The notes below the pieces were generated by a model. The model had not been told where the DNA came from, did not search any database, and was given only the letters and a program-made list of their open reading frames with translations. This document shows positions 1 to 14,578 of a stretch of DNA of 64,000 nt, piece after piece. The stretch's first letter is position 1. Every line of letters begins with the position of its first letter. This stretch comes from Candidatus Fermentithermobacillaceae bacterium (GTDB taxonomy: Bacteria > Bacillota > Sulfobacillia > Fermentithermobacillales > Fermentithermobacillaceae): positions 1,788-65,787 of the forward strand of contig DULO01000093.1 of NCBI GenBank assembly GCA_012840345.1, read 5' to 3'. The position numbers and the translations under genes were made by a program.

Positions 1-435
1 CATAAGAGAGTGCAGCCTGTCAAGGGACTGGGCCAATTGAGTTTTTTCTTCTTCGCTTAGTTTTTCAAGCATGGAGGCCACGTACCGCCTCCTGGCGGAG
101 AGGACCTCGGTGATGACCTGCTGGCCTTTCTCAGAGACCGCGAGCCTGATCACCCGGCGGTCCTGAGTATCTCTGTTCCTTACGATAAAACCGTTCTTCT
201 CCATCCTGTCGATGAGATCCGTAGCCGTTGAGCAAGCCAGCATGAGCTTTTCGCACAGCTCGCCCATGGTCATATGTTCTTTTTCCTTAAGCGCCAAAAG
301 AGCATTAAACTGGGGATTCGTTATCCCAAAATCGGCAAGGATGTCCCGGCCGCGCCTCTTCACAATAAACGCTACGCGCCTCAAAAGCCGCTCGACTTTC
401 ACTACTGACTCGTCGAATACTTCCGGCTCCGGCAT
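1..435 (-). CDS. MarR-family transcriptional regulator (partial; C-terminus runs past the window start)
   Basis: Reverse-strand translation from the ATG at 433-435 gives MPEPEVFDESVVKVERLLRRVAFIVKRRGRDILADFGITNPQFNALLALKEKEHMTMGELCEKLMLACSTATDLIDRMEKNGFIVRNRDTQDRRVIRLAVSEKGQQ..., a typical MarR winged-helix pattern (DRRV...L..T.KG). It is absent from the ORF track because it runs off the edge. Confidence 0.6.
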   Translation of the reverse strand, partial: MPEPEVFDESVVKVERLLRRVAFIVKRRGRDILADFGITNPQFNALLALKEKEHMTMGELCEKLMLACSTATDLIDRMEKNGFIVRNRDTQDRRVIRLAVSEKGQQVITEVLSARRRYVASMLEKLSEEEKTQLAQSLDRLHSLM

Positions 436-474
436 GGCCGAGTACCCCCTGTGTAATGCCCGCTGTTTCAGGAT

Positions 475-823
475 TTGGTGGAGGCGGAGGGAATCGCACC
501 CTCGTCCGCAGACAACCCGGTTTCAGTCTCTACGAGCGTATCTCCGGTTTTAGTCTCGCGAACCGCGACGCCCCGGAGCGGGCTCCGCTATCCGCCAGCC
601 GGGAATTGCTTTCCCTGAAGGGTCCCCGACATCCCCCTGCAGGTATCTCTTCTGCGTGACGGCGACTCGAGGATAGAAGAGAAGTCTCCCCGGTCACCGA
701 GCAGCCGTCTTAGGCTGCTAGAGCGTAATTGGTATTGGCTCTTGTATTTTTGCCGCTTTAATGGGCACGGCTCCCATGCTCGCTGCTCAAACCCGACTAC
801 CTACGTCGAACCTGGTCGCCCCC
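475..823 (-). ncRNA. ssrA: tmRNA (SsrA), about 349 nt
   Basis: On the reverse strand the 5' end reads GGGGGCGACCAGGTTCGACG (complement of 804-823). The 3' tRNA-like end reads GCGGACGAGGGTGCGATTCCCTCCGCCTCCACCA (complement of 475-508). An internal tag-peptide reading frame ends ...ANTNYALAA-stop (reverse complement of ~708-737). It lies immediately next to smpB. Confidence 0.85.
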
Positions 824-961
824 AAGCATAACAACACGCCATGCGGCGTCCTAACTCATGTTAACACGAGGACGGGTGGCGTTCAAGGTGGCTAAGTGGT
901 CGAGAACTGACGACTTCGGAGCGCGGAGTCATCAGCCGGAGACAAGGATTAGACAAGGGGG

Positions 962-1447
962 CTACTCATACCGCCGGTCCCGTCCGCGCACGGCGCGGCG
1001 GCTTTCCATGGCCTGCTCCCGCTCTTTTATGGCCTCGCGCTTGTCGTAAATCTTCTTACCGCGGGCGAGGGCCAATTCAACCTTGACCCTGCCGTCTCTG
1101 TTGAAGTAAAGGGACAGCGGAACCAGGGTATAGCCTCTTTCCGCCACCTTGGACTGGAGCTTCCTGATCTCGCGCTTGTGCAGGAGCAGTCGCCTAGGGC
1201 GCTGGGGGTTGTGATTGAACCTAGAGGCGGGCTCGTACTGGTCTATATGGGCGTTCTGAAGTATGACCTCTCCGCCCACGATCTCAGCGTAGCTGTCGTT
1301 CAGACTTACCCTCCCGGATCTCAACGACTTGACTTCGGTACCAATCAAAGCTATTCCGGCTTCGACGGTGTCTTCGATGTAGTAATTGTGCCGGGCCCTC
1401 CGGTTCTGGGCTATGGTTTTCTGTTGTTCGAGTCTGGACTTATCCAT
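962..1447 (-). CDS. smpB: SsrA-binding protein SmpB
   Basis: 161 aa with the KTIAQNRRARHNYYIED...GTEVKSLR SmpB signature. It is adjacent to the tmRNA. Confidence 0.95.
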   Translation of the reverse strand: MDKSRLEQQKTIAQNRRARHNYYIEDTVEAGIALIGTEVKSLRSGRVSLNDSYAEIVGGEVILQNAHIDQYEPASRFNHNPQRPRRLLLHKREIRKLQSKVAERGYTLVPLSLYFNRDGRVKVELALARGKKIYDKREAIKEREQAMESRRAVRGRDRRYE

Positions 1448-1559
1448 ACCTTATCCTCCGGTGCTACGGACCCCGCTCTTTCCTACTCTAGAACTCCAGC
1501 TAGTGCCAGTACGCTGCACGGCCTCCCGGTTTAATTCATGAACCCCTGCAATCCCAACT

Positions 1560-1720
1560 CGTCGCTTATTCGCTGTATGCTGTGACCTCCGGGGCGAGCC
1601 AGCTTAACAACTACAACCCAGTTCGCCGCCCATGCCCGCATGGCCCCCGGAGCCAGCTAGATGAGCAACTACAGCCCCAGTTCCTTGCTTATTCCCTGCA
1701 TGGCCTCCAAGCCAAGCTCG
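1560..1720. repeat. about 2 copies of a 60-75-bp direct repeat at the 3' end and downstream of the HD gene
   Basis: The blocks GAGCCAGCT(TA/AG)A..CAACTACA(AC/G)CCCAGTTC and CTTATTC(G/C)CTG(T/C)ATG..CCTCC each occur twice in tandem. Confidence 0.4.
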
Positions 1721-2220
1721 ATGAACCTGCGCAGCTCCATTCCGAAGTCCGAACAAGCCTTAATGATCTCCCTGTTGGCTCCGCGGGCGAAGGACTTCTC
1801 CCCCATCCTGTGTAGCACGAAGTCGGCGTCGATGCCTTCAAGTTTCTTGCCGGGAGAAATCAGCGCCGCGGCCACGATGAGCCCCGTGAGAGGGTCGGCC
1901 GAGTACAAGACTTTGTCCATCAGGGATTCCCTGGGTATCCCGTGGGCCTCATTGTGAGCCTCCACGGCGTGGACGATTTCTTCGTCATAGCCCAGCTCCC
2001 TGGCGATCTTTCCAGACAACAGGCTGTGGGTGTGCGGGTCGTCCTTGGTCTCTTCGTAGTCGATGTCGTGCAAGAGCCCCGCCGCGCCCCAGCGCTCTTC
2101 GTCCTGTCCCAATTCCCGCGCCAAACGACGCATGACGGCTTCTACCGCAAGGATGTGCTTAAAAAGGTTCTTCGTGGGCACTCTCTTCCGGACTTCTTCC
2201 ACCAGTTCGTCACGCGTCAT
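1669..2220 (-). CDS. HD-domain (HDIG) phosphohydrolase
   Basis: 183 aa carrying H..HD...D metal-binding motifs (LLHDIDYEE, HNEAHGIP). Confidence 0.7.
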   Translation of the reverse strand: MTRDELVEEVRKRVPTKNLFKHILAVEAVMRRLARELGQDEERWGAAGLLHDIDYEETKDDPHTHSLLSGKIARELGYDEEIVHAVEAHNEAHGIPRESLMDKVLYSADPLTGLIVAAALISPGKKLEGIDADFVLHRMGEKSFARGANREIIKACSDFGMELRRFIELGLEAMQGISKELGL

Positions 2221-2377
2221 GTAAAGCCACCTCGTCTTTTTTTACGAATTCTACCTTAAGGCTTGGCCGAACACCAGAGCGGCGAAACTCATCGGTCTTG
2301 ACCTATCATCGGCAGTGACCTGTCATCGGTCATAACCTGGCATGGGTTTCAACCTGGCACCGGTGTTGACGGTGTTG

Positions 2378-4447
<2,070 letters not shown>

Positions 4448-4481
4448 TATGTCCCAAGGAGTGTGGGCGTATCAATGAGGT

Positions 4482-4511
4482 ACATCTCGGGGGCGTTGGC
4501 GCCCCCGAGAT
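4482..4511. terminator. GC-rich perfect palindrome between secG and hppA (putative bidirectional terminator)
   Basis: CATCTCGGGGGCGTTGGCGCCCCCGAGATG forms a 12-bp stem. The flanks are only weakly T-rich. Confidence 0.4.
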
Positions 4512-4540
4512 GCTTTGTTAAGTAGATCGTGCCTAATTGG

Positions 4541-4780
4541 TCAGCGGCGCAGGATCGTCAGTCCGATGGAAGTCACTACAAAAGCGACCGCAAGATAAAC
4601 GGTAAGTCTGGCTAATAGAGCTTCCCGTCCTCTAGCCTTGCGCATCGCGGGGCTTTCGCCACCGCCACCTACGATGCCCAGACCGGCGCTCCGGCTTGGC
4701 TGAAGCATCACCGTTCCGATCAATCCAAGAGTGATCAGCCAGTGAAGCACCCTTACCAAATTCAAGAGCACATCTTTCAA
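4541..4780 (-). CDS. secG: preprotein translocase subunit SecG
   Basis: 79 aa with two TM segments and a Gly-rich loop (GLGIVGGGGES). It sits downstream of eno, as in many Firmicutes. Confidence 0.85.
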   Translation of the reverse strand: MKDVLLNLVRVLHWLITLGLIGTVMLQPSRSAGLGIVGGGGESPAMRKARGREALLARLTVYLAVAFVVTSIGLTILRR

Positions 4781-4857
4781 CTCCTCTTAAGCAATGCCCG
4801 TAAGACCCCTAATGGTTCTATCCCTGATGGCTTTATAAATTCTAAACCAAACAGCCT

Positions 4858-7715
<2,858 letters not shown>

Positions 7716-7717
7716 GT

Positions 7718-8521
7718 CTACTCCCCCTGTCCGAAGTCCTTTGGGGCGACTCTCGTCTTAAGAACCTCGGAGACTATGCGCAAGAACTCTTCAGGGTCAA
7801 GGCTGGCCCCGCCGATAAGCGCCCCGTCGATCGTCTCTTTGACCATAAAGCCCCTGATGTTGCCCGACTTCACGCTGCCGCCGTACAACACGCGGACGTC
7901 CGCGGCGGCGTCCCCAAACATCTTCCCCATGGTGTCCCGGATGCTGTCTATGACTTCTTCCGCGTCGTCGGGCTTGGCCTCTTTACCGGTGCCGATGGCC
8001 CAGACCGGCTCGTAGGCGACAACCACCGATGCGATTTCCTCGGGTTTCACCGCCGAGAGGCCCTGCTCGGTCTGCCTCCTGCACAGCTCCAGAGTCTGGC
8101 CGGCTTCCCTTTCCTCGAGCGTCTCGCCGACGCAGAGGATGGGCTTGAGCCCGCAATCCAGGGCCGCGCGGACTTTCTTCCCTATTACCTCGTCGGTTTC
8201 GCCCAGGATGTGGCGCCTTTCAGAGTGGCCGACGATGACGTACTCGCACCCGCAATCCTTCAGCATTAGGCCGGAAACCTCTCCGGTGTACGCGCCCTTC
8301 TTCTCCCAGCTCAGGTTCTGTGCTCCGACCTTGACCTCGGTGTTGGCCAACGCCGCCGACACAGCCGGCACGGCGGTAAACGGAGGGCATATCAGGATTT
8401 CCGGCCATCCTCGTTTCCTGGTTTCATCTGATAGGAGAGGGTTCAGCCCGGACACGAAAGCCAAGGCTTCCCCTACCGTCTTGTTCATCTTCCAGTTGCC
8501 TGCTACCAGCGGTACTCTCAC
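7718..8521 (-). CDS. tpiA: triosephosphate isomerase
   Basis: 267 aa with VPLVAGNWKMN, the catalytic GHSERR motif, and AYEPVWAIGTG. Confidence 0.95.
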   Translation of the reverse strand: MRVPLVAGNWKMNKTVGEALAFVSGLNPLLSDETRKRGWPEILICPPFTAVPAVSAALANTEVKVGAQNLSWEKKGAYTGEVSGLMLKDCGCEYVIVGHSERRHILGETDEVIGKKVRAALDCGLKPILCVGETLEEREAGQTLELCRRQTEQGLSAVKPEEIASVVVAYEPVWAIGTGKEAKPDDAEEVIDSIRDTMGKMFGDAAADVRVLYGGSVKSGNIRGFMVKETIDGALIGGASLDPEEFLRIVSEVLKTRVAPKDFGQGE

Positions 8522-8768
8522 TTCAACGCCCTCCTGTTTACCAAAAGTCCCGTTTGCTCTGGCAGTTCTGGTTCAGTTCACTTTGGTCACGTTCGCACTG
8601 ATCTGGCTCACACAGATCTCGTTCACATTGGTTCCGCTTATTCTGCTGCAGTTCTGATAGTCCCGTGAGCCGGATCTGGTCTGATTCAGACGCCCCGAAG
8701 GGCGAGCGCCAAAGGGCAACCGTCAGGGGCCGCACCCTATCCCCTGACGGTAGTTGCATCCAGTCTAT

Positions 8769-9974
8769 CTAGGCGTCCTTTAGGGCGGCTACTCCGGGTA
8801 GGACCTGGCCCTCCAGGAACTCCAGGGAAGCGCCGCCTCCCGTGGAGAGGTGGCCGATCTTGTCCGCCAAACCGGACATCTCGACCGCGGCCAGTGAATC
8901 GCCGCCTCCTACTACGCTAAGCCCGTCAACCTGGGCTACGGCAGCGGCCATTTCCATGGTGCCGCCCCTGAAAGCCTCCAGCTCGAATAGGCCAACAGGA
9001 CCGTTCCAGAAGACAGTCTTGGACTTCTTAATGATCTCGGCGAAGGCCTTCCTGCTCTCAGGCCCAATGTCCAGTGCCATCTGATCGTCGGGTATCTCCG
9101 AGACAGGGACGACCTGCACGGGCACGCCGACTTCGGGCTTGGGAGCCACGACGACGTCCACCGGCAGATAAACTTGTTTGCCGAGGCTCTTGGCCTTTTC
9201 CATGATGGCGTTGGCTTCGTCCACCAGTCCGGGCTCGGCCAAAGACTTGCCAACCTTGTGGCCCTGGGCCAAAAGGAAGGTATTGGCCATGCCGCCGCCA
9301 ATCACGAGGGAATCAACCTTCTCAAGAAGGTTCTTTAGCACGCTCAGCTTGTCAGAGACCTTTGCCCCGCCGATGACAGCGGTAAAGGGCTTCTCCGGGG
9401 ATTCCAGAAGCTTTCCGAGGCTGGACAGCTCCTTCTCCATCAAGAATCCGGCATATCCCGGCAAGAAGGCCGCGACGCCGGCAGTTGACGCATGAGCCCT
9501 GTGAGCGGTTCCGAAGGCGTCATTGATGTAGACCTCTCCCAGCGACGCCAACTCCTTGGAAAAGTCAGGGTCATTGCCCTCTTCCTCCGCGTGGAAACGG
9601 AGGTTCTCCAGGAGGACGATGTCGCCCGGCTGCATAGCCATGACGGCCGTCTTTACTTCCTCACCGACACAGTCTCTCAAGTGCTTGACAGGGGCACCAA
9701 TGAGCTCGGACAGTCTTGCGGCTACGGGACCCAAACGCAGGTCCTCAACGACCTTGGCTTTCGGGCGCCCCAGGTGGGACATAAGGATTACTTTGGCGCC
9801 TTGTTCCTTCAGGTAAGTGATGGTGGGCAACGCCGCCCGTATGCGGGTGTCGTCAGTGACTACCCCGTTCTTCATGGGCACGTTGAAGTCTACCCGAACA
9901 AGACACCGTTTTCCTTTGACATCGGCTTGTCTAACGCTGGCTTTGGCCACGTCAAAGCCTCCTTTCAGAGCCAT
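8769..9974 (-). CDS. pgk: phosphoglycerate kinase
   Basis: 401 aa with RVDFNVP, the [10 protein letters not shown] hinge, and GGGAS motifs. Confidence 0.95.
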   Translation of the reverse strand: MALKGGFDVAKASVRQADVKGKRCLVRVDFNVPMKNGVVTDDTRIRAALPTITYLKEQGAKVILMSHLGRPKAKVVEDLRLGPVAARLSELIGAPVKHLRDCVGEEVKTAVMAMQPGDIVLLENLRFHAEEEGNDPDFSKELASLGEVYINDAFGTAHRAHASTAGVAAFLPGYAGFLMEKELSSLGKLLESPEKPFTAVIGGAKVSDKLSVLKNLLEKVDSLVIGGGMANTFLLAQGHKVGKSLAEPGLVDEANAIMEKAKSLGKQVYLPVDVVVAPKPEVGVPVQVVPVSEIPDDQMALDIGPESRKAFAEIIKKSKTVFWNGPVGLFELEAFRGGTMEMAAAVAQVDGLSVVGGGDSLAAVEMSGLADKIGHLSTGGGASLEFLEGQVLPGVAALKDA

Positions 9975-10071
9975 TCAACTCAGAGCCATACAACTCAAAG
10001 CCATACAACTCAGTGCCACACGGCTCAGAGAGCCATCAGCCTCCGAGCTTTACAGTTCCGAGCGATTCGGC
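9975..10071. repeat. about 4 copies of a ~15-bp tandem repeat in the gap-pgk intergenic spacer
   Basis: TCAGAGCCATACAAC, TCAAAGCCATACAAC, TCAGTGCCACACGGC and TCAGAGAGCCATCAG lie head to tail. Confidence 0.6.
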
Positions 10072-11073
10072 TTAGAGTCCCTTGGAAATGATGAAGCTTA
10101 CGAGGTCAACCAACCTCTCGCTGTAGCCCCACTCGTTGTCGTACCAAGCGACTACCTTGGCCAGATCGCCGAGGACCATGGTGGAGAGCCCGTCTACCAT
10201 CGAAGACTCGCGCATTCCCTTGAAGTCGGTTGAAACCAAGGGAGCGTAGGTGATGCCGAGGATCCCCTTGAGCGGACCGGCGGCGTACTCTTCCATGGCC
10301 TTGTTGATCTCTTCGGCTGTCGCGGGCTTGGAGAGCCGCACCGCCAAGTCAACCACGGACACGGTCGGAGTCGGGACGCGGAAAGCCATTCCGTTGAGCT
10401 TGCCCTTTAGCTCGGGAAGAACCAAGGACACGGCCTTCGCGGCGCCTGTAGTGGTCGGAATTATGTTCTGTCCAGCGGATCTGCCCCTACGCAGGTCCTT
10501 GTGGGGGAAGTCCAAAGTGACCTGGTCGTTGGTGTAGGCGTGAATGGTAGTCATCAAGCCGTTCTCGATGCCGAACTTCTCGAGAAGAACCTTGGCGACC
10601 GGAGCAAGTCCGTTGGTGGTGCAGGAAGCGTTTGAAATCACGTGATGAGCGGCAGGATCGTACTTGTCCTGGTTAACGCCCATAACTATGGTGATGTCCT
10701 CACCTTTCGCAGGAGCCGAGATGACGACTTTCTTGGCGCCCGCCTGCAGGTGAAGGGCGGCCTTCTCCTTGTCGGTGAAACGGCCGGTTGACTCAAGGAC
10801 GATGTCTACGCCAAGGTCTTTCCACGGCAGCTTGCCCGGATCCCTTTCGGCGAGAACCTTTACGTTCTTTCCTCCCACTGAGAACCCATCGGCTGTAGCT
10901 TGGACTTCTTCAGGCAGGGTGCCGTAGTTTGAGTCATACTTCAGGAGGTGTGCGAGAGTTCCGGGGTCTGTGAGGTCGTTTACTGCTACTATCTCGAAAT
11001 TCGGATTTCCTTGCGCGGCTCTATAAAACCGTCGCCCAATGCTGCCAAATCCGTTGATCCCGATCTTTACCAT
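10072..11073 (-). CDS. gap: glyceraldehyde-3-phosphate dehydrogenase
   Basis: 333 aa with an [15 protein letters not shown]-terminus and the SNASCTTN active site. It is the first gene of the gap-pgk-tpi-gpmI-eno operon. Confidence 0.95.
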   Translation of the reverse strand: MVKIGINGFGSIGRRFYRAAQGNPNFEIVAVNDLTDPGTLAHLLKYDSNYGTLPEEVQATADGFSVGGKNVKVLAERDPGKLPWKDLGVDIVLESTGRFTDKEKAALHLQAGAKKVVISAPAKGEDITIVMGVNQDKYDPAAHHVISNASCTTNGLAPVAKVLLEKFGIENGLMTTIHAYTNDQVTLDFPHKDLRRGRSAGQNIIPTTTGAAKAVSLVLPELKGKLNGMAFRVPTPTVSVVDLAVRLSKPATAEEINKAMEEYAAGPLKGILGITYAPLVSTDFKGMRESSMVDGLSTMVLGDLAKVVAWYDNEWGYSERLVDLVSFIISKGL

Positions 11074-11180
11074 AGCTTTACCCCCAATTCCACACGTAAT
11101 AGGCCGTTATTGCCAGCCGCCCCAATTATAACTTAGGTTGTGAAACTTCGTTCACGGGACAACGGGCATCTTGAAGGCTC

Positions 11181-11699
11181 CTACCTGTACATAAACCAAC
11201 CCATTATGCCCGCCAGACTAAGAAGCAGGACAGGGTCGATCTTGAACAGTGTTGTGCCCACAAGCACGGCAACTGCGACTACCGCAGGTATTATTCCCGT
11301 TACTGTTGTACCAACAACCGATGCCGCCGCAGAAGCGATCAGGGCCACTACGACTGGACGGATTCCTGCAAGGATATCCTTGACAATTCTGACTTCCTTG
11401 TACCGGGAAAAGAGGGCACCCAAGAGCAGCATTATGATGACGGGGAACATGATAACGCCTAGGGTCGCCGCCAGCGAACCCCAGAAGCCGGCCATCCTGT
11501 ACCCCACGTAAGTTGCGGCGTTGATGGCAATCGGCCCTGGCGTCCCCTGAGAGATGGCTATGACGTCGAGGAATTCGGTCATGGCAAGCCAGTTTCTGGC
11601 CTCCACCACTTCCCTAGATATCAGCGAAATGACCGCGTAGCCGCCTCCAAAACTGAAGGCGCCTATCTTCGCGAACACGGTAAACAGTTGAAGGATCAT
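11181..11699 (-). CDS. chrA: chromate transporter ChrA-family protein, second half of a split pair
   Basis: 172-aa membrane protein. FGGGYAVISLI and TPGPIAIN match the ChrA (CHR family) repeat unit. Its start overlaps the stop of the upstream chrA. Confidence 0.7.
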   Translation of the reverse strand: MILQLFTVFAKIGAFSFGGGYAVISLISREVVEARNWLAMTEFLDVIAISQGTPGPIAINAATYVGYRMAGFWGSLAATLGVIMFPVIIMLLLGALFSRYKEVRIVKDILAGIRPVVVALIASAAASVVGTTVTGIIPAVVAVAVLVGTTLFKIDPVLLLSLAGIMGWFMYR

Positions 11700-12610
11700 T
11701 AGTTCTCTGACCTCTCGTTCTCAAGCGGAGTATCGTCGAAGCCGCGCTGGCTTTCAGGTTGCTTCGTGGTTTCGTCCCCACTCTCGCTGCTGTTGTCGTT
11801 CTCGCCTTCGTTCTCGGTCTCGTTCTCGGTCTCGCTCTTGTTCGCGTTCTCGCAGTTGTTCTCGTTCCTGCCTTCGAGCCCGTTCCCGCCGTTTTTCGTG
11901 CACGTGCCTTCGTCCCTACTCTGGGGGCTGGTGTCGTTCTCGTTCTGGTCCGTGTACTCGGCCTCGCTCGCGTTCCCTCTTTCACGACGGCTCCGCGAAC
12001 GGGAGATGGCCCCGACTGCAATACCTGCTACCATGGCCATCATAACTACGTAGATGGGGTTTACCCGGAATCCGATTAGCAAAATAGCCGCTACGACCGC
12101 GAAAACCACGTCCCGTGACTTCTTGATGGATGACTTGGAAACCACTATCAGCGCGTTTGCCAGCAAACCCAGTATCGCCGGCCTCATACCGGTGAATATC
12201 GCCTCAAGGTGCTGTGATGACCGGAACCGTGAGAGCACCGAGACCAACGCGAGTATCACCATGAACGATGGCAGGGAAGCGCCGACCACTGAGGCTATAG
12301 CTCCGGGGACCTTCCTGATTCTGTGCCCGGTCAAGGAAGCGACGTTGATGGCGATGGGTCCCGGTCCGCTCTGAGCGATGGCCAGAAGGTCGACGAAGTC
12401 CGAATCATCGAGCCATCCCTTTTTCGAGACCAGTTCCTTGCGGATGAGCGGCACCATCGCCCATCCCCCGCCAAAAGTGAAGGCACCTATTTTGAAGAAA
12501 CTCCACAGTATCTCCAGCAGCGGAGCGCTTCTTCCGGGCGTTCTTGTTGGTGTCTCGGTAGATGTCTTGGGTGATGTCTTTGTTGATGACTCTGCTGCCA
12601 TTTCCGCCAA
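11699..12610 (-). CDS. chrA: chromate transporter ChrA-family protein, first half, with a ~100-aa acidic low-complexity C-terminal tail
   Basis: The N-terminal ~190 aa form a CHR domain (FGGGWAMVPLI, GPGPIAINVA). The C-terminal region is N/E/T-rich (ETENETENEGEND...) and is encoded by GTTCTCG-type repeats. Confidence 0.7.
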   Translation of the reverse strand: MAEMAAESSTKTSPKTSTETPTRTPGRSAPLLEILWSFFKIGAFTFGGGWAMVPLIRKELVSKKGWLDDSDFVDLLAIAQSGPGPIAINVASLTGHRIRKVPGAIASVVGASLPSFMVILALVSVLSRFRSSQHLEAIFTGMRPAILGLLANALIVVSKSSIKKSRDVVFAVVAAILLIGFRVNPIYVVMMAMVAGIAVGAISRSRSRRERGNASEAEYTDQNENDTSPQSRDEGTCTKNGGNGLEGRNENNCENANKSETENETENEGENDNSSESGDETTKQPESQRGFDDTPLENERSEN

Positions 12611-12734
12611 TTCTTCCTCCGATATCTCTGCTGATGTAACCTTACTGCTACAAGACTATATCCGACTATACCATAACTAATCCCCCAGGGCAGATAAGAC
12701 GCACCACGGAATGTCGGTCTCAACGGGTGGGGCT

Positions 12735-13225
12735 TCGAACCCGATTCAACGGTGAACGTGGGGTTTTGAGCCCGAGATGGGGGTGAGATTCGCGTTTTGA
12801 ACCCCACGTTGCGGAGGAATTGGGGTTCAGAGACCGAGATGGAAGCAGAATTAGGGTTTGGAACCCCACATTGCGGAGGAATTGGGGCTCAGAGACCGAG
12901 ATAGAAGCGAGATTAGGGTTTAGAACCCCACATCGCGGAGGAATTGGGGTTCAGAGACCGAGATGGAAGCAGAGTTAGGGTTTGGAACCCCACATTGCGG
13001 AGGAATTGGGACTCAAAGCCCGAGGTGGCGGCGAGATTAGGGTTTAAAACCCCACATCGCGGAGGAATTGGGGCTCAAAGCCCGAGATGGAAGCAGAATT
13101 AGGGTTTAGAACCCCAAATTGCGTAGGAATTGGGGCTCAGAGCCCGAGAGGGAAGCAGAATTAGGGTTTAGAACCCCAAATTGCGTAGGAATTGGGGCTC
13201 AGAGACCAAGATGGAGGCGAGATTA
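12735..13225. repeat. tandem array of about 8 copies of a 62-bp unit, each containing an 8-bp-stem hairpin
   Basis: The unit is (T)GGAACCCCACATTGCGGAGGAATTGGGGTTCAGAGACCGAGATGGAAGCAGAATTAGGGTT. It repeats head to tail with roughly 85-95% identity. Degenerate copies precede it from ~12690. Confidence 0.9.
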
Positions 13226-13252
13226 GGAAGATAAATCAGGAAGACAAATGGA

Positions 13253-13283
13253 AAGACCGCCATCGCGACGATGGCGGTCTTCC
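13253..13283 (-). terminator. rho-independent terminator downstream of rpoD
   Basis: AAGACCGCCATC-GCGAC-GATGGCGGTCTT is a 12-bp perfect stem. It is followed on the minus strand by TTTCCATTTGTCTTCC. Confidence 0.6.
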
Positions 13284-13362
13284 GAATGAAACTTGGCAAG
13301 TTACACTTGGTGAGCTACTTGGTAAGCTACCTGGTAAGCCAATCGGTTAGCTACTCAGTGAG

Positions 13363-14547
13363 CTAGACCAAGTAGTCCTTCAACCGTTTGCTCCTCTGAG
13401 GATGGCGGAGCTTCCGGAGGGCTTTGGCCTCTATCTGCCTGATGCGCTCCCGGGTGACACCGAACTCACGCCCGACTTCCTCTAGGGTGCGGGCCTTGCC
13501 GTCATCCAGGCCGAACCGGAGCCTCAGGACCTTCTGCTCCCGTTCGTTGAGCGTGCTCAGCACTTCCTCAATCTGCTCCTTCAGGAGCAGGAACGAAGCG
13601 GCCTCAACCGGCGCGGGGGCTTCTTCGTCTTCGATGAAGTCCCCGAGATGGCTGTCCTCTTCCTCCCCGATCGGGGTTTCCAGAGAGACCGGCTCCTGAA
13701 CGATCTTCAGAATCTCCCGCACCTTGTCGGGAGTAATCCCCATCTCCTCGGCGACCTCCTCGGGGGTAGGTTCCCTCCCGAGTTCCTGGATGAGGTGCCT
13801 TGAGGTGCGGATCAACTTGTTGATCGTCTCGACCATATGGACGGGGATTCTGATCGTCCTGGCTTGGTCCGCGATTGCACGGGTAATCGCCTGACGAATC
13901 CACCAAGTGGCGTAGGTGGAGAGCTTGAATCCCTTGCGATAGTCAAACTTCTCAACCGCCTTGATGAGGCCCATGTTGCCTTCCTGGATGAGGTCCAGGA
14001 ACTGCATGCCGCGGCCCACGTACCTCTTGGCTATAGAAACCACGAGCCTCAGGTTCGCTTCGATGAGCCGGCTCTTGGCGGTCTTGTCGCCTCTCTCCAT
14101 CCGAAGCGCAAGCTCCACTTCCTCATCGGCGGTCAGAAGCGGCACCCGTCCGATTTCCTTTAGATACATCCTGACCGGATCGTCCAGCGCGACGCCTTCC
14201 GGGATGGACAGATCGATGTCAACAGGTTCCTCGGAGTTCTCGGTTTCCACAAGGTCTTCGTCATTGGGAGCATCGCTGGACATCACTGCGTCAGCGACAT
14301 GGTCGGCGTCCTCCCCATCTGAAGCCTTGCCCTCTGGATACAGCACATGGTCCGGAACTGCTTGGCGGCTGCTCACAACTTCGATCCCCATATCAGTGAA
14401 ACGCTTGTACACGTCATCAATCTGTTGGGCGTTTAGATCGAGGTGGTTCAGGGCATCAGCAATCTCGCCGTAGGTCAGAAAACCCTTCTTCTGCCCCGAC
14501 GAGACCAGTTCACGTACCGCATCGATGCCCGGCTGCATTTCCTTCAA
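13363..14547 (-). CDS. rpoD: RNA polymerase primary sigma factor (sigma-70/SigA)
   Basis: 394 aa. Region 2 ([17 protein letters not shown]) and region 4.2 ([29 protein letters not shown]) are both present. Confidence 0.95.
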   Translation of the reverse strand: MKEMQPGIDAVRELVSSGQKKGFLTYGEIADALNHLDLNAQQIDDVYKRFTDMGIEVVSSRQAVPDHVLYPEGKASDGEDADHVADAVMSSDAPNDEDLVETENSEEPVDIDLSIPEGVALDDPVRMYLKEIGRVPLLTADEEVELALRMERGDKTAKSRLIEANLRLVVSIAKRYVGRGMQFLDLIQEGNMGLIKAVEKFDYRKGFKLSTYATWWIRQAITRAIADQARTIRIPVHMVETINKLIRTSRHLIQELGREPTPEEVAEEMGITPDKVREILKIVQEPVSLETPIGEEEDSHLGDFIEDEEAPAPVEAASFLLLKEQIEEVLSTLNEREQKVLRLRFGLDDGKARTLEEVGREFGVTRERIRQIEAKALRKLRHPQRSKRLKDYLV

Positions 14548-14578
14548 CTAGTATTCCCTCCTGGGGATTTATCGGAGG

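Noticed and set aside
212-659. Plus-strand ORFs 212..553 and 456..659 from the six-frame track
   Set aside because: They overlap the minus-strand MarR CDS and the tmRNA gene. They are low-complexity, Arg/Ser/Pro-rich, high-GC antisense artefacts.
11074-11180. CggR operator upstream of gap (CGGGACAACGGGC)
   Set aside because: It does not fit the CGGGAC-N6-TGTC direct-repeat consensus, and there is no cggR gene. chrA lies upstream instead.
12690-13290. Possible CRISPR array, given regularly spaced hairpin-forming repeats
   Set aside because: The whole 62-bp period is conserved, including the would-be spacer segments. There are no unique spacers and no cas genes nearby. This is a tandem minisatellite.
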